Under the pieces are notes generated by a model, which was not told where the DNA came from, ran no database searches, and saw nothing but the letters and a program-made list of their open reading frames with translations. The position numbers and the translations under genes were made by a program. A DNA stretch of 64,000 bases. It comes from Chiloscyllium plagiosum (lineage: Eukaryota). Positions 62,900 to 64,000 of the stretch are shown piece after piece. The stretch lies in NCBI RefSeq assembly GCF_004010195.1, contig NC_057728.1, positions 44,644,279 to 44,708,278 of the forward strand. The letters run 5' to 3'. Position 1 is the first letter of the stretch. Every line of letters starts with the position of its first letter.

Positions 62900-63788
62900 C
62901 ACTAAAAAGTGTGAGGTACTTCACTTCAAAATTAGTAACAGGAATGCAGAGTACTGGACTAATGGTAAAACTTTTGGCACAGTAGATGAACAGAGAGATC
63001 TCAGTGTCCAGGTGCATAAATCCCTGAAAGTTGCCTTCCAGCCTGATAGTTTTGTTAAGAAGGCATATAGTGTGTGGGCTTTTAATGGTAGGGGATTGAG
63101 TTTCGGAGCCACGAGGTCATGCTTCAGCTGTACAAGACACTGATAAGGCCGCACCTGGAGTATTGCATGCAGTTCTGGTCACTGCATTATAGGAAGGATG
63201 TGGGAACTTTGGAAAGGGTTCAGAGGAATTTTACTAGCATGTTGCCTGGTATGAAAGGAAGGTCTTACGAGGAAAGGCTAGGGAACTGAGGCTGTTTTCG
63301 TTGGAGAGAAGAAGGTTGAGAGGTGGCTTAATTGAGACGTATAAGATAATCAGAGGGTTAGGTAGGGTGGACAGTGAGAGCCTTTTCCTCAGATGGTGAA
63401 GCCTAATACAAGGGGATAAAGCTTTAAATTGAAGCAGGATAGATTTAGGACAGATATCAGGGGTAGTTTCTTTACTCAGAGAGTAGTAGGGGTGCGGAAC
63501 AGCCTGCCTGCAACAGTAATAGACTTACCAACCCTGTCTTCCTGATGAAGGGCTTTTGCCCGAAACGCGATTTTCCTGCTCCTCGGATGCTGCTTGAACT
63601 GCTGTGCTTTTCTAGCACCACTAATCCAGAATCACCAACATTAAGGACATTTAAAGGGGCATTGGACACAAATATGGTTAATAATGGAACAGTGTCAGTT
63701 AGAAGGAGATCAGATTAATTTTATAGGTTGGTGAAACATCCAGGGATGAAGGGCCTGTACTGCGCTGTAACATTCTATGTTCTATGTT
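62900..63788 (+). mobile_element. CR1 LINE 3' portion (distinct subfamily) with an H1 insert
   Basis: KCEVLHF, EQRDLSVQVHKSLKVA, LIRPHLEYCMQFWS, ERVQRNFTSMLPG; tail gaagggcctgtactgcgctgtaacattctatgttctatgtt. Confidence 0.9.
63533..63633 (+). mobile_element. 101-bp H1 PLE mini-insert inside CR1
   Basis: CTGATGA-A-GGGC-TTTT-GCCC-GAAA-CGC (the T of GTC is lost); flanking ACCAAC at 63527-63532 and 63634-63639. Confidence 0.85.
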
Positions 63789-63790
63789 CC

Positions 63791-64000
63791 AAGCCAACTG
63801 ACTCTTGACTATATACTCTTACATCCTGCTTCTTGTAAAGACTATTCCAGTTCCTCTGTCTCTGTCACACCTGTTCTGAAGAAACTTTGAAAAGGGGGCA
63901 TCCGAAATGTTCACCTTCTTCCTCAACTGAAAATTCCCCAGCACTGTGGTTGACAGGGCCCTCAAGTGGGTCCAACCCATCTCCCACATTTCAGCCCTCA
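63791..64000 (+). mobile_element. Penelope-like RT C-terminal (thumb) fragment
   Basis: Piecewise KPTDS / LDY..HPASCKD / FQFLCLCHTCSEE...ASEMFTFFLN*KFPSTVVDRAL, matching the PLE KPTD...LDY.S.HP..CK..IP.SQFLRLRRICS pattern. Runs off the window end. Confidence 0.7.

Overview
Repeat-rich, apparently gene-free vertebrate DNA (intergenic or deep intronic). The repeat complement (HE1-type tRNA-derived SINEs sharing a 3' tail with HER1/CR1-type LINEs, Deu-domain-type SINEs) points to a cartilaginous fish, most likely a shark (inference). I find no host exon or intact CDS. Every ORF I recognise is a decayed transposon fragment: CR1 endonuclease/RT, a second CR1/L2-clade LINE, Penelope-like RT and GIY-YIG C-terminus, a Ty3/Gypsy RNase H, and an RTE C-terminus. 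There is also a pogo/Tigger-type MITE and two assembly gaps. The most notable signal is a dense population of Penelope-like-element (PLE) termini carrying minimal hammerhead-ribozyme motifs (CUGANGA-stem II-GAAA-short stem III-UH). One family occurs 12 times, 11 of them as roughly 90-200 bp non-coding inserts. Seven of these have exact 10-16 bp target-site duplications, three are head-to-head hairpin dimers, two sit inside CR1 LINEs, and their 3' ends fall at two discrete positions about 35 nt apart. Family names come from motif recognition only (no database search), and repeat boundaries without TSDs are approximate.
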